Positions 28,926 to 38,433 of a stretch of 64,000 nucleotides of DNA are shown here, in pieces. Source of the stretch: Abditibacteriaceae bacterium (lineage in GTDB: Bacteria > Armatimonadota > Abditibacteriia > Abditibacteriales > Abditibacteriaceae); assembly GCA_031425655.1 (NCBI GenBank), contig JANPJS010000306.1:1-64000 (forward strand), in the 5' to 3' direction. The notes below the pieces were generated by a model. It saw only the letters and a list, made by a program, of their open reading frames with translations, searched no databases and was not told the DNA's origin. Made by a program: the position numbers and the translations under genes. The first letter of the stretch is position 1. Each line of letters begins with the position of its first letter.

Positions 28926-29345
28926 ATGCGACGGCACGCGGCACTCTTTTTCCAAACACGACAGCGGCGGGGCGAATGGAACGCTCTGCTGCTGGTGATG
29001 TTTGCTCTGCTGGCGTCGGCGCCCTCAGTTTTAGCCGCTACGCCGCTGCGCGATGCCGCTTCGCAGCCGCAAGCTGTGTGGCAGTGGCTCCAATCCCCTG
29101 AAGGCGCTCCCACGCGCGATTTGCTGGCACGCACAATCCAGTGCGGAGTGACGAGTGACGAGTGCGGAATCGAGAATCCGCTTTCGCATCTCACATCGCA
29201 CATTACCTGTCTGCCCCTTGCCGAACCAGTTCCGGCATTTTCACATTCGTCATTCGTCACTCGTCGTTCGTCATTTCTTCTTGCGTTGTCGCCCCACGAA
29301 GCCGCTTTTCGGTCGGGAACCCGCACCAATAATTGGTTGGAATAG
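28926..29345 (+). CDS. Small signal-peptide ORF upstream of secA (candidate secretion monitor)
   Basis: Basic N-region, hydrophobic ALLLVMFALLASAPSVLA, low-complexity middle; same strand, 155 nt before secA. Confidence 0.5.
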   Translation: MRRHAALFFQTRQRRGEWNALLLVMFALLASAPSVLAATPLRDAASQPQAVWQWLQSPEGAPTRDLLARTIQCGVTSDECGIENPLSHLTSHITCLPLAEPVPAFSHSSFVTRRSSFLLALSPHEAAFRSGTRTNNWLE

Positions 29346-29417
29346 CTCATTTGGTTTTAGGTGTTGGGTTTTAGGTGTTAGTAGCGTTTCGCGCTACTCC
29401 GCCTTCGCTTTCGCGTG

Positions 29418-29480
29418 CCCAACACCCAACACCCAACACCCAACACCCAACACCCAACACCCAACACCCAACACCCAAAA
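29418..29480. repeat. Heptamer tandem repeat (CCCAACA)8 + CCCAAAA
   Basis: Counted directly; complementary heptamer tract at 29352-29381. Confidence 0.95.
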
Positions 29481-29500
29481 CCTGTCGTTAAGGAGTTTTT

Positions 29501-32500
29501 ATGTCACTTTTACAGAATCTGTTCGGCAAGCGCGCCGAAACGCCCGGCGAGCAATCGTCGGGATTAGCCGGCGCCTTTTCAAAATTAATTGATCGTAACG
29601 AAAAAGAAGTCGCCAAAATTCGTCCCATCGTGGACAAAGTCAACGCGCTGGGCGACGAACTCAAGGCGCTCTCCGACGAAGAATTGAAAGCTCGCTCGGC
29701 GGCTCTCAAAAAGAAGTTCAAAGACAAAGTTTCGGAAAATCTGGCCAAAATCAAAGACCCGAAAAGCGGCGAAGCGTTCGGCTGGCAGGAACTCGAAACT
29801 GAGCTTTCGTGGAGCGACGATTATGCCCGCTCGCGCCGCGAGATCGAAAAAGCAACGCTCGACGAGCTTTTGCCCGAAGCCTTCGCGCTGACACGCGAAG
29901 CCGGCGTGCGCACCATCGGCCTGCGCCATTATGACGTGCAGCTTATCGGCGGCGCGGTGCTGCATTCGGGGCGCATCGGCGAAATGCGAACCGGCGAAGG
30001 CAAAACCTTAGTCGCCACGCTGCCGTGCTACCTCAACGCGCTCACCGGGCGCGGCGTTCACGTCATCACGGTCAACGATTACCTGGCTGAGCGCGATGCC
30101 AACTGGATGCGCCCGATTCACGAGTTTCTGGGTATGAAGGTCGCGTTTTTGACCAACGACATGGAAAACGAGGCGCGTCAGGAAGCTTATAAATCGGACA
30201 TTCTTTACGCGACCAACAGCGAAGTCGGCTTCGATTACTTGCGCGACAACATGGCGCGCACCGACGACGACATGGTGCAGCGCGCTCTCAACTTCGCCAT
30301 CGTGGACGAAGTGGACAATATCCTGATTGACGAAGCGCGCACGCCTCTGATTATTTCGGCGCAAGTCGCCAAAACCGAGCGCGCCCTGCGCCGCCAGCAA
30401 ATGGCGCAAACCTGCGACGGCCTGGCGCGCAAACTTATGCCCGCCGTGACGGTTGCCGAAGTCGAAAACCTCATTGATGCCTGCTCGGCCAAAAACCGCG
30501 TGGACATCGGCGCGCTACTCGCCGCCATTCAAAAACGCGGCGCGTTTCATCAGGCTATCAGCTACTTGATTGACTCGTATTTGCTGTCCGAAAAAAGCGC
30601 GCGTGTCGAAAACGCCGCACATTTGCTGGATGTCGCCGAAGAATTTCATACGGACGGCTTAATCTCCGACGCGGGCCGCGCGCAATTGGAATCGCTGGCC
30701 ACTAATGCGGTGCGTTCGCATGGATTGCGCGAAACGTGGCGCAAAGAAATCAACCATTTGGCCCTGCCGTATGCCACGGCGTATGCCAACGCCGCGACAC
30801 TTGGCTTCGATGGCAATCGCATGGCGAGCGACCTCGGTTTGTCGCCGGACGCTTACGCAGAAGTCGAGGAAAGCGCTGATCCGGCGCGTCTTGTCGCTGA
30901 AGAAATGGCGCGGCGCGGTTTAGTCGAAGAAAGTGCTGTTGAAGCGATGCGAGCCGCTTTTGCAGCCGTCGAACGGCCCGAATCCGGCGGTGAAAAAGGC
31001 GCGCAGCAGTTTCAAGCTGCGCTGCTTCCGGCGCTGGTGGATGCCGTTCTCGAAACGCCGGGCGGCGCGCACGACGCCGAAACGATGTTGCTGGACGCCG
31101 TGCCCGAAGTCGAATCGCTGGACGTGGCGCAGGTGCGCGGCGTAGTCAATGCCTTAGAGCAAATTTCGTTGCGCGGCCTGCTACCCTTCGAGATGACCGA
31201 AAAGCTGTGGGAGCAAGTGCGCCTAACGCAAGGCAGCGACGGTTTGCGCCGCGAAATCGCCCACGCGATTACACAGCATCCGGGCGATGCGGCGCGCAAA
31301 ATTGCCGATTTAGTCGAGAATTACGGTAAGGAACGCGAAGATTTTCTGGACGAGCAAGCCCAAACTCTGCGCTCGCAGTTGCCCGGACACGAGCCGATTG
31401 CCAAACGCGCCGCATCCGGCGAAAGCGCCGATGAACTGGCCCGCGCGCTGCAAAACGAACTCACCAAAAGTGGGCCGTTCGGTGAGGCCGCCAAAGCCGC
31501 GAAGCAATTCGTCGCCGAGCAAAAGCGCGCTCACGATCAGGTCGCCGAGCATCTCGTCGAGGAAATGGAACAATGGGTCGAAGTGCCGCGCGATGCGCGC
31601 AAGTCCATCGCTGCCTTAATCAGCGAAGGTGGCACACCGGAACAAGTGCGCGAGCGCATTTTGCTTGCCGTGCGCGATTTGCCGGGCGAAAACACCGAAT
31701 TGCCGGCTCTGGTTGGCGAAGGCACGCGGCAATTGCAGGCGTGGCGCCACGAAAACGGCGAGGCATTAGTGCAGAAAATTCAGTCTGCCGTGCAGTTGCC
31801 GGACGCATCTGCGACCGTAATTCGTGACGCCATCACCGACGGCACTTATTCGACCGGTTTTGAGGCCTTCGTCGGCCATCAATTATTGAGCGCGCCCGCC
31901 GCCGCCGCGCAGGCTAAAGCCATCGAAGATTGGGGCGGACGCTGGGACGAATTCAAGCAAAAGCAGAACGCGCAATTGCTGCAAAACATCGGCGCCAGTC
32001 TGGAAATGACCGGCGACGCGCGGGAATCGTTGGCCGAACTGCTGGATAAGCCGGTTGCCGGCCCGCTGCAAAATGCGCTCTTCGCCGAAATCGCGCGCGA
32101 TGCCGCCAGTCGCCATTTGGAGCCGCTGCTCACCGAAGAAAACGCCGTGGCGTTCGTAGATGAAGTCAAGCGCCGTGTGCCGTTGGCGAAAGAAACGCAA
32201 AACAAAGTCAAGCCGGCGGACTTTGCAGGACGCAGCGCCGAACAATTGGAGCGTCAGGTTTGGCGCCTTGTCGAGCGCAGCTTTCAAGTCACGGAGTTCG
32301 ATCAATATAAGCGATTGGTGACGAGTTTGGGCTGGCTGGCGGATAAAGACGAAAAGCGCCGCCAGGCATCCTTAACTGACATGGGCACGCTCCTCGCCGA
32401 GCGCGAAGCCGGCAGTCCGGCTTTCACTGACCCGGAAAACTTTCTGGATTCTTTAATCACCTCGGAAATCATCGCCGAAGAAGAAGCCGCGCTGATTCGC

Positions 32501-35500
32501 CGCGCCCAAGCCGAAACGCCGCAGCAGAACCTCTCGACGGTCATTGACCGCGTCTTGCGCTTGCCCGCCGAGCGTCGCCGCAGGTTGAGCGAAGCCAAGT
32601 TGCAGGAAGTGCAGTCGGTGCTTGACCAGTCGGTTCGCGCGCACGCATTATTTCACCGCGAAGTGCATTACGTCGTGGAAAATGGGCGCGAAATCGTCAT
32701 CGTTGACGAGTTCACGGGCCGCAAAATGCCGGGCCGTCGCTTTTCGGAAGGCTTGCACGAGGCGCTCGAAGCCAAACACGGGCTGGAAGTGCAGCTCGAA
32801 TCGCAAACCGTGGCCACGATTACGATTCAGAATTATTTCCGTCTTTACTCGAAGTTAGCCGGCATGACTGGCACGGCCAAAACCGAAGAGCAGGAGTTCG
32901 CCAAAACCTACGGCATCGAAGTCGTTTCGATTCCCACCAACCGCACCGTGACCCGCAAAGACGCGCCGGACGTGGTTTATAAAACCGTCGAAGCCAAGTT
33001 CCGCGCGATTACTTTGGAGATTCTCGAACGCCACGCCGCCGGACAGCCGGTTCTGGTCGGCACGCGCTCGGTTGAAGTTTCCGAGCGCACTTCCGAGCGC
33101 CTCAAAGCGCAGCCTCTGCAAACTTTGGCCTTGTCGCACCTCATCAAATGGGCGATGTGGCAGGACAAAAACATGGGCGGCGATCAGCGCGAGGCCATGC
33201 TGAACACGCTGCGTTTGCCGATTCAGCAGTTGCCGCTGATGCAGGTGAAAAACATCGCCAAGATGGTCGGCTTTAATTCCGATCCGGTTTCCGACGAGAA
33301 TATCAACAAGCTGCTCGGTCTGTTTACGGTTGAAAATCCTGACCGCGAACGCTTGGCCTCGGCGCTTCGCAATGGCTTGCCGCACAACGTCTTAAACGCC
33401 AAAAACCATCGCAACGAAGCGCGCATTATCGCCGAAGCGGCCCGGCCCGGCTCCGTTACTATCGCCACCAACATGGCCGGACGCGGCGTGGACATTCTGC
33501 TCGGCGGCACTTTAGACGGCGAATCGCGCTGGCGCGTGATGACGCTGCAAGTGCTGTTTCGCCAACTCGAAGGCAAAGGCGTCCACGTCCGTTCGCGCAC
33601 GACCGAAACTACGGCCAAGCTCGAAGAACGCTTCACGCCGCAGAATTTACAGGATTTGGCGTGGGTTTTAGCGGTGCAGGCGGCGACCGAAGAACTCGAA
33701 AACAGCGGCCAGCTTTTTGGCCAGAACGCCAAGGAAATCCGCGACACGCTGGGCCAGGAACTAACCACGCCCGACTTGAAGCAAAAAGTGAAGTCGCGCG
33801 CCCGACGTTTGGGTATTCTCGAAAAACTGCCGCTCGAAGCCGATCCGTTGAACGATAAAGAGCCGATGGACGCGCTCAACGCTAACCTCAATCGCTTAAT
33901 GGGCCGCACTTTTTCCCCGGCGCAAATCCGCGATTTACTGGAAAAAGGCATCGCAACCCAGGCCACAGGCCGCGATTTCGGCGAAATGCTGACGCTGAAC
34001 GCATTGGGCTTTCCGCTGCGCCAAAATCTCGAAGCTGTCAATGCTCTGGCTCATGTTCTGATTGACTTGCCCGATCTCGACCGCGTGCTTTTGCAGCACG
34101 CCAAAGAAAGCGGCGCGCAATCGCAAAGCGAGTTCAACGTCGAAGAGTTGGCCGGAAAAGTCGAAAACGTCATGCCCGAATGGGTGGCGAGCCGCTTGAA
34201 AGCGTTGAATATCACCAGCGCGCAGGCGGCGAACGAAAAGTGGTCGTCGCTGTCGTCGGATGACATCGAGATCAACGAAATTCAAATTTTAGTCGCGCTC
34301 GGCATCGAAGGCCTCACCGCCGGATGGCTGCGCGAATTTATCGCGCGCTGGAAAGTGACTTCGGATGAGCGCGCTTTTCAAGCGCCCGAAACCGTTCAAG
34401 AGGCGATTGGCGACAACGCGATTGTGCATTATCGCCTCAATGTTTTAGCCGCGCGCAAGTTTTTGCGCCAATGGGAAAAGGACTCCAAATTCCGCTACGA
34501 ACACGTTCAAGTGGACGCTCCGAACTTGCTGGTGCTGGGCCAGATGGCGCAAATGCTGGGCGGCGAGGCGCCGTTCCTCAACCCCGAATGGCTGCACGAA
34601 ACGATGCAGAACATGGCGCTCGTGGACGAAAACAGCATCTTTCAAGCGCAAATGACCGGTCAGGCCGAAGACGAGCAGGGCAACGTCAGCGAAATGCCGG
34701 TTGACGTGCTGATTTATCGCGTCGGGCTGGAACGCGCGCTGCTCGCGCTTGATCCGACGCTGCGCGAAGCCGCCCAAAGCGTGGGCCGCGACCCGCAAAA
34801 AGTGCGCGAATACCTGGAAAAGAACGCGCAATGGGCCACACCGCTGATTTTGGACGAATGGCTGGCCGAACGCCTGCCGACTTTCGACGAAAGCGTGCTG
34901 GAACTGGCGCCGGGCGAAGCCAAAGTCGTGATCGAAACCGGCGTGGCCGGCCAAAGTTCCGACATCGTGCTGGAAAGCGAGCCGCGTCCCGAAGACATCG
35001 CGCACACCAGCGAACAAGAGGCCGTGAAAGCGTTGGGCGGTCTGCATATCATCGGCACCGAGCGGCACGAATCGCGGCGCATTGACAACCAGTTGCGTGG
35101 TCGCGCCGGGCGTCAGGGCGATCCCGGCTCCTCGAAATTCTACGTTTCACTCGAAGACGAATTATGGCGTTTGTTCGGCGTGCGCGGCCAGTTTTTACTC
35201 AAAAACTGGGACGAAGACGAGCCGGTCGAAGCAAAAATCATCTCGAAATCCATCGAACGCGCGCAAAAGAAAGTGGAATTGAACCACTTCGAATCGCGCA
35301 AGCACGTTTTGCAATACGACGACGTGATGAACGTGCAGCGCGAAGTGATTTACCGCGAGCGCCGCCGCGCTCTTTTGGGTGGCGACTTGCGCGAAACCGT
35401 GCTCGACATGGCGCAGCACGCGGCGACTTCGGAAGCCGAAAAGTTCTGCCCCCGCGAAGTTCGCAGCGAAGAATGGGACACTCATAAATTGTATGCGAGC

Positions 35501-36274
35501 CTGGCGAAATTGTTCGGCGCCTCGCTGTTGCACAAGCACTTGAAGGCGCAGGAACTGGAAGATTTACAGTGGTTCGCGCTGCCCGCCGAAGGCATCATGG
35601 GCCAGCCGGTCTATGATGTGCGGTTGGAGGATAATCGCACTTTTTACGGCCTGGTCGAAGAGCTTTATGCCGACCGCGAAGCGCAAATTGGCGTGGAAAC
35701 CATGCGCTCGCTGGAACGCTGGCAGGTCACGCGCTCCATTGACGATCATTGGATGGAACACTTGGCCGAAATGGACTATTTGCGCGACGCCATCTGGCAG
35801 GAAGGCTACGCGCAGAAAGACCCGGTTCACGTTTACCGTCAGGAAGGCCACGCCCTGTTTCATAAGATGCTCGGCGAAATCCGTAAGGAAGTCGCCGAAG
35901 AACTCTTCGCCATGCAGATGGACGCCGCGCCGACCTTCACCTATGGCGGCCCCGACTTTCACGGCCTGACCGAAGAACGCATCACGACTGATTTTCCAAT
36001 GCTGATGGCCGACGATGAGGAAACCGAGGACGATGGCGGCCAACTCGCCCTCGCCGCGCCGGGCGGCCATTCGATGCGCGTGACGCCCGCGCAACCGTCG
36101 CCGCAATCGCCCTCGCCGCGCCCGGTTTCGCAATCGCGCCCATTGCCTTCGCCGCGTTCGCAAAGCGCGACGAACGCGCCTTTGGAGCCGCAATATCCGA
36201 AGGCCGGACGCAACGACCCGTGTCCGTGCGGCAGCGGCAAGAAGTTCAAAAAGTGCCACGGCCAAAATGCGTAA
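29501..36274 (+). CDS. secA: Preprotein translocase SecA, giant form (2257 aa) with large insertions
   Basis: 'MRTGEGKT', 'VTVNDYLA.RD', '[18 protein letters not shown]', 'GMTGTA', '[10 protein letters not shown]', '[25 protein letters not shown]', SEC-C '[14 protein letters not shown]'. Confidence 0.97.
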   Translation: MSLLQNLFGKRAETPGEQSSGLAGAFSKLIDRNEKEVAKIRPIVDKVNALGDELKALSDEELKARSAALKKKFKDKVSENLAKIKDPKSGEAFGWQELETELSWSDDYARSRREIEKATLDELLPEAFALTREAGVRTIGLRHYDVQLIGGAVLHSGRIGEMRTGEGKTLVATLPCYLNALTGRGVHVITVNDYLAERDANWMRPIHEFLGMKVAFLTNDMENEARQEAYKSDILYATNSEVGFDYLRDNMARTDDDMVQRALNFAIVDEVDNILIDEARTPLIISAQVAKTERALRRQQMAQTCDGLARKLMPAVTVAEVENLIDACSAKNRVDIGALLAAIQKRGAFHQAISYLIDSYLLSEKSARVENAAHLLDVAEEFHTDGLISDAGRAQLESLATNAVRSHGLRETWRKEINHLALPYATAYANAATLGFDGNRMASDLGLSPDAYAEVEESADPARLVAEEMARRGLVEESAVEAMRAAFAAVERPESGGEKGAQQFQAALLPALVDAVLETPGGAHDAETMLLDAVPEVESLDVAQVRGVVNALEQISLRGLLPFEMTEKLWEQVRLTQGSDGLRREIAHAITQHPGDAARKIADLVENYGKEREDFLDEQAQTLRSQLPGHEPIAKRAASGESADELARALQNELTKSGPFGEAAKAAKQFVAEQKRAHDQVAEHLVEEMEQWVEVPRDARKSIAALISEGGTPEQVRERILLAVRDLPGENTELPALVGEGTRQLQAWRHENGEALVQKIQSAVQLPDASATVIRDAITDGTYSTGFEAFVGHQLLSAPAAAAQAKAIEDWGGRWDEFKQKQNAQLLQNIGASLEMTGDARESLAELLDKPVAGPLQNALFAEIARDAASRHLEPLLTEENAVAFVDEVKRRVPLAKETQNKVKPADFAGRSAEQLERQVWRLVERSFQVTEFDQYKRLVTSLGWLADKDEKRRQASLTDMGTLLAEREAGSPAFTDPENFLDSLITSEIIAEEEAALIRRAQAETPQQNLSTVIDRVLRLPAERRRRLSEAKLQEVQSVLDQSVRAHALFHREVHYVVENGREIVIVDEFTGRKMPGRRFSEGLHEALEAKHGLEVQLESQTVATITIQNYFRLYSKLAGMTGTAKTEEQEFAKTYGIEVVSIPTNRTVTRKDAPDVVYKTVEAKFRAITLEILERHAAGQPVLVGTRSVEVSERTSERLKAQPLQTLALSHLIKWAMWQDKNMGGDQREAMLNTLRLPIQQLPLMQVKNIAKMVGFNSDPVSDENINKLLGLFTVENPDRERLASALRNGLPHNVLNAKNHRNEARIIAEAARPGSVTIATNMAGRGVDILLGGTLDGESRWRVMTLQVLFRQLEGKGVHVRSRTTETTAKLEERFTPQNLQDLAWVLAVQAATEELENSGQLFGQNAKEIRDTLGQELTTPDLKQKVKSRARRLGILEKLPLEADPLNDKEPMDALNANLNRLMGRTFSPAQIRDLLEKGIATQATGRDFGEMLTLNALGFPLRQNLEAVNALAHVLIDLPDLDRVLLQHAKESGAQSQSEFNVEELAGKVENVMPEWVASRLKALNITSAQAANEKWSSLSSDDIEINEIQILVALGIEGLTAGWLREFIARWKVTSDERAFQAPETVQEAIGDNAIVHYRLNVLAARKFLRQWEKDSKFRYEHVQVDAPNLLVLGQMAQMLGGEAPFLNPEWLHETMQNMALVDENSIFQAQMTGQAEDEQGNVSEMPVDVLIYRVGLERALLALDPTLREAAQSVGRDPQKVREYLEKNAQWATPLILDEWLAERLPTFDESVLELAPGEAKVVIETGVAGQSSDIVLESEPRPEDIAHTSEQEAVKALGGLHIIGTERHESRRIDNQLRGRAGRQGDPGSSKFYVSLEDELWRLFGVRGQFLLKNWDEDEPVEAKIISKSIERAQKKVELNHFESRKHVLQYDDVMNVQREVIYRERRRALLGGDLRETVLDMAQHAATSEAEKFCPREVRSEEWDTHKLYASLAKLFGASLLHKHLKAQELEDLQWFALPAEGIMGQPVYDVRLEDNRTFYGLVEELYADREAQIGVETMRSLERWQVTRSIDDHWMEHLAEMDYLRDAIWQEGYAQKDPVHVYRQEGHALFHKMLGEIRKEVAEELFAMQMDAAPTFTYGGPDFHGLTEERITTDFPMLMADDEETEDDGGQLALAAPGGHSMRVTPAQPSPQSPSPRPVSQSRPLPSPRSQSATNAPLEPQYPKAGRNDPCPCGSGKKFKKCHGQNA
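36194..36270 (+). repeat. Direct repeat copy 1 (secA 3' end)
   Basis: 74/77 identical to 42524..42600. Confidence 0.95.
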
Positions 36275-36277
36275 GCA

Positions 36278-36329
36278 AAAGCGGGGAACTGTCAGCGGCA
36301 TTTAAGTGCCGCTGACAGTTCCCCGCTTT
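36278..36329. terminator. Strong hairpin after secA
   Basis: Perfect 23-bp stem aaagcggggaactgtcagcggca / tgccgctgacagttccccgcttt. Confidence 0.8.
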
Positions 36330-36453
36330 AATGAGTCTGCTTTGCTGGCTTAAAACTGAGATAGTCGGCAGACATTGCCGCTTATCTCAGTTGATAACAT
36401 ATTATTCGGCCCCGTTCTGCGTCACAAAGCACAGCGGGGCCAAACTTTTGATT

Positions 36454-38433
36454 ATGGAAACTACAAAACCAAATCCCAAAACCAAAACCAAAGCCGCGCC
36501 ACACCCTTTAGGGCATTACAGTCACGAGCAACTGATTCATCTTGTTGAAGAATTGCAAGAAGAAAAGCGCATGAGCGAAGCCTTCGGGCAAATTTCGGAA
36601 ACCGGCTCCAACGATGCCGCTTTAATGTGGCAGGGGCGCAACCGCTTTTTAGCAGAGAATGTTCCGCCCGTAAGTTTGCAGCCCGACGCGGCGCGTTCGT
36701 TTCAAAGTGAACGCGGCGAACATCGCATCATTGACGGCAATAACTTGGCGGTCATGCGTTCGCTGCTCACCGATTTTCGCGGTGGGCCAAATACCGGCTT
36801 CGACGTGATTTATTTCGATCCGCCTTACAATACCGGCGAAGACACTTTTGCTTATAACGACAACTATCGTTTTTCCACAGCCGAATTGGGTAAGCATCGC
36901 AACAAAGTGCGACAGGTTGACCGCAAAGTTGGGCTTGACGACCCGTCGCGCCACACCAAATGGATTAATCACATCGCGCCCCGCTTGTGGGCTGCGCGCA
37001 AGCTGATGAAGCATTCGGGCGTGATCATCGTTTCGATTGACGAACACGAATTGCCGCGTTTGTGGATGTTGCTGGGAGAAATGTTCGGCGAGCACAACCG
37101 TTTGGCGACGCTTATCTGGGAACGCTCGCGCAAAAACGATGCGAAATACATCTCTGAGGGCCACGAATATATGCTCGTCTGGGCGCGCGATAAATCCGCG
37201 CTTGATGAAGTATCGCGCAAAAAAGGTAAATGGCGAGAGCGTAAACCCGGCTTAGAGCCATTTCTCGCTGAGTTCAATCGCTTGCGAGAGTTTTTAGAAG
37301 ACGATTATGAAGCCATCTCTGCCGGGTTGAAGACTTTCGTGCGAGGCATTAAGAAGGGTAGCCCGCTGTGGACAATTCGCCAATATGTCGGCGTAGATGC
37401 AAAGTGTGGAGAGTTAGGGCCATACATTGAGGACAACCCTACATGGCCAAGCGGACAAGGCCCTACTTTCGATGTCCCTCATCCTGAAACTGGCATTCCT
37501 GTTCGCACTCCGCCGAAAGGGTGGAGAATCTCTTCATTAAAGAAATTCATGGATTTACACGCCGCCGACAGAATTGAATGGAAAGGTGCAGGCACGCCGA
37601 AAATCAAAAAGTATTTATTGGAAGGCCGCGAAAACGATGTATTTACATCAGTCATCCAAAAAGAGGCGCGGCAATCTGTAATGATGCTTGATGCTTTATT
37701 GGGGTTTGGTGATGCTATCAATCATCCCAAAGACCATTTGGTTTTGAAGCGTTTGTTTAACCTTGTAACTTGGAGCAATCCCAACGCGCAGATATTGGAC
37801 GCTTACGCCGGTTCGGGCACAACCGGGCACGCGGTTTTAGAAATGAACGCCGAAGACGGCCCTGCTGGGCAACGGCGCTGTGTGCTTATCGAATACGGCG
37901 ACCCGTCCAACAAAAAGCTGCCGCGCGACGAATACACCGACCGCCTCACCGCCGAGCGCCTCCGGCGCGTCATCAGCGGGCAATGGGCCGACGGCAAAGA
38001 GCATCCGACTTTAGACAGCGGCTTCACGTTTTATCAGGGCAAAGAAGAAATGTCGCGCGCCTACATCATGGCGGCAACGCGCGAAAACCTGGCCGACATC
38101 ATTTTGCAGATTGTCGAAGAAGACTCCAATCGCATTGATTGCCGCATGGACGGCTACAAATATCTCATCGGGCGCACGCGCAACGGCTTCGGCATCGCGC
38201 TTTTGTGGGAAAACGGCGCCAACGGCAAAAACCAACCGCTTACAGCGGAAATTCTCGATATTATCATTGACGAAGCGCACGCGGCGGGCGTGGTCAAGCC
38301 GGTTTTCGTTTACGCCACACAAAACATCGCTCCGTTCAGCGACGATTTATACCGCTTTCAACAAATTCCCGACTCGATTTTAGCGCGCCTTTTGATACTC
38401 CACGAAGCGCCGAGCGACGAGGAGGGCGCATGA
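36454..38433 (+). CDS. mod: Site-specific amino-DNA methyltransferase, type III Mod-like (beta class)
   Basis: 'IYFDPPYNTG', 'VSIDEHE', 'HPK', 'ILDAYAGSGTTGHAV'. Confidence 0.9.
   Translation: METTKPNPKTKTKAAPHPLGHYSHEQLIHLVEELQEEKRMSEAFGQISETGSNDAALMWQGRNRFLAENVPPVSLQPDAARSFQSERGEHRIIDGNNLAVMRSLLTDFRGGPNTGFDVIYFDPPYNTGEDTFAYNDNYRFSTAELGKHRNKVRQVDRKVGLDDPSRHTKWINHIAPRLWAARKLMKHSGVIIVSIDEHELPRLWMLLGEMFGEHNRLATLIWERSRKNDAKYISEGHEYMLVWARDKSALDEVSRKKGKWRERKPGLEPFLAEFNRLREFLEDDYEAISAGLKTFVRGIKKGSPLWTIRQYVGVDAKCGELGPYIEDNPTWPSGQGPTFDVPHPETGIPVRTPPKGWRISSLKKFMDLHAADRIEWKGAGTPKIKKYLLEGRENDVFTSVIQKEARQSVMMLDALLGFGDAINHPKDHLVLKRLFNLVTWSNPNAQILDAYAGSGTTGHAVLEMNAEDGPAGQRRCVLIEYGDPSNKKLPRDEYTDRLTAERLRRVISGQWADGKEHPTLDSGFTFYQGKEEMSRAYIMAATRENLADIILQIVEEDSNRIDCRMDGYKYLIGRTRNGFGIALLWENGANGKNQPLTAEILDIIIDEAHAAGVVKPVFVYATQNIAPFSDDLYRFQQIPDSILARLLILHEAPSDEEGA

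Noticed and set aside
29418..29480. CRISPR, telomere-like repeat or coding PTPNTQH repeat ORF (29155..29592)
   Set aside because: Simple heptamer tandem repeat; the overlapping ORF is a by-product with no SD and overlaps secA out of frame.
30360..35010. Inteins as the explanation for the SecA insertions
   Set aside because: No C/S-start block, no HN-C/S/T junction and no LAGLIDADG motif visible at the insertion borders or inside.
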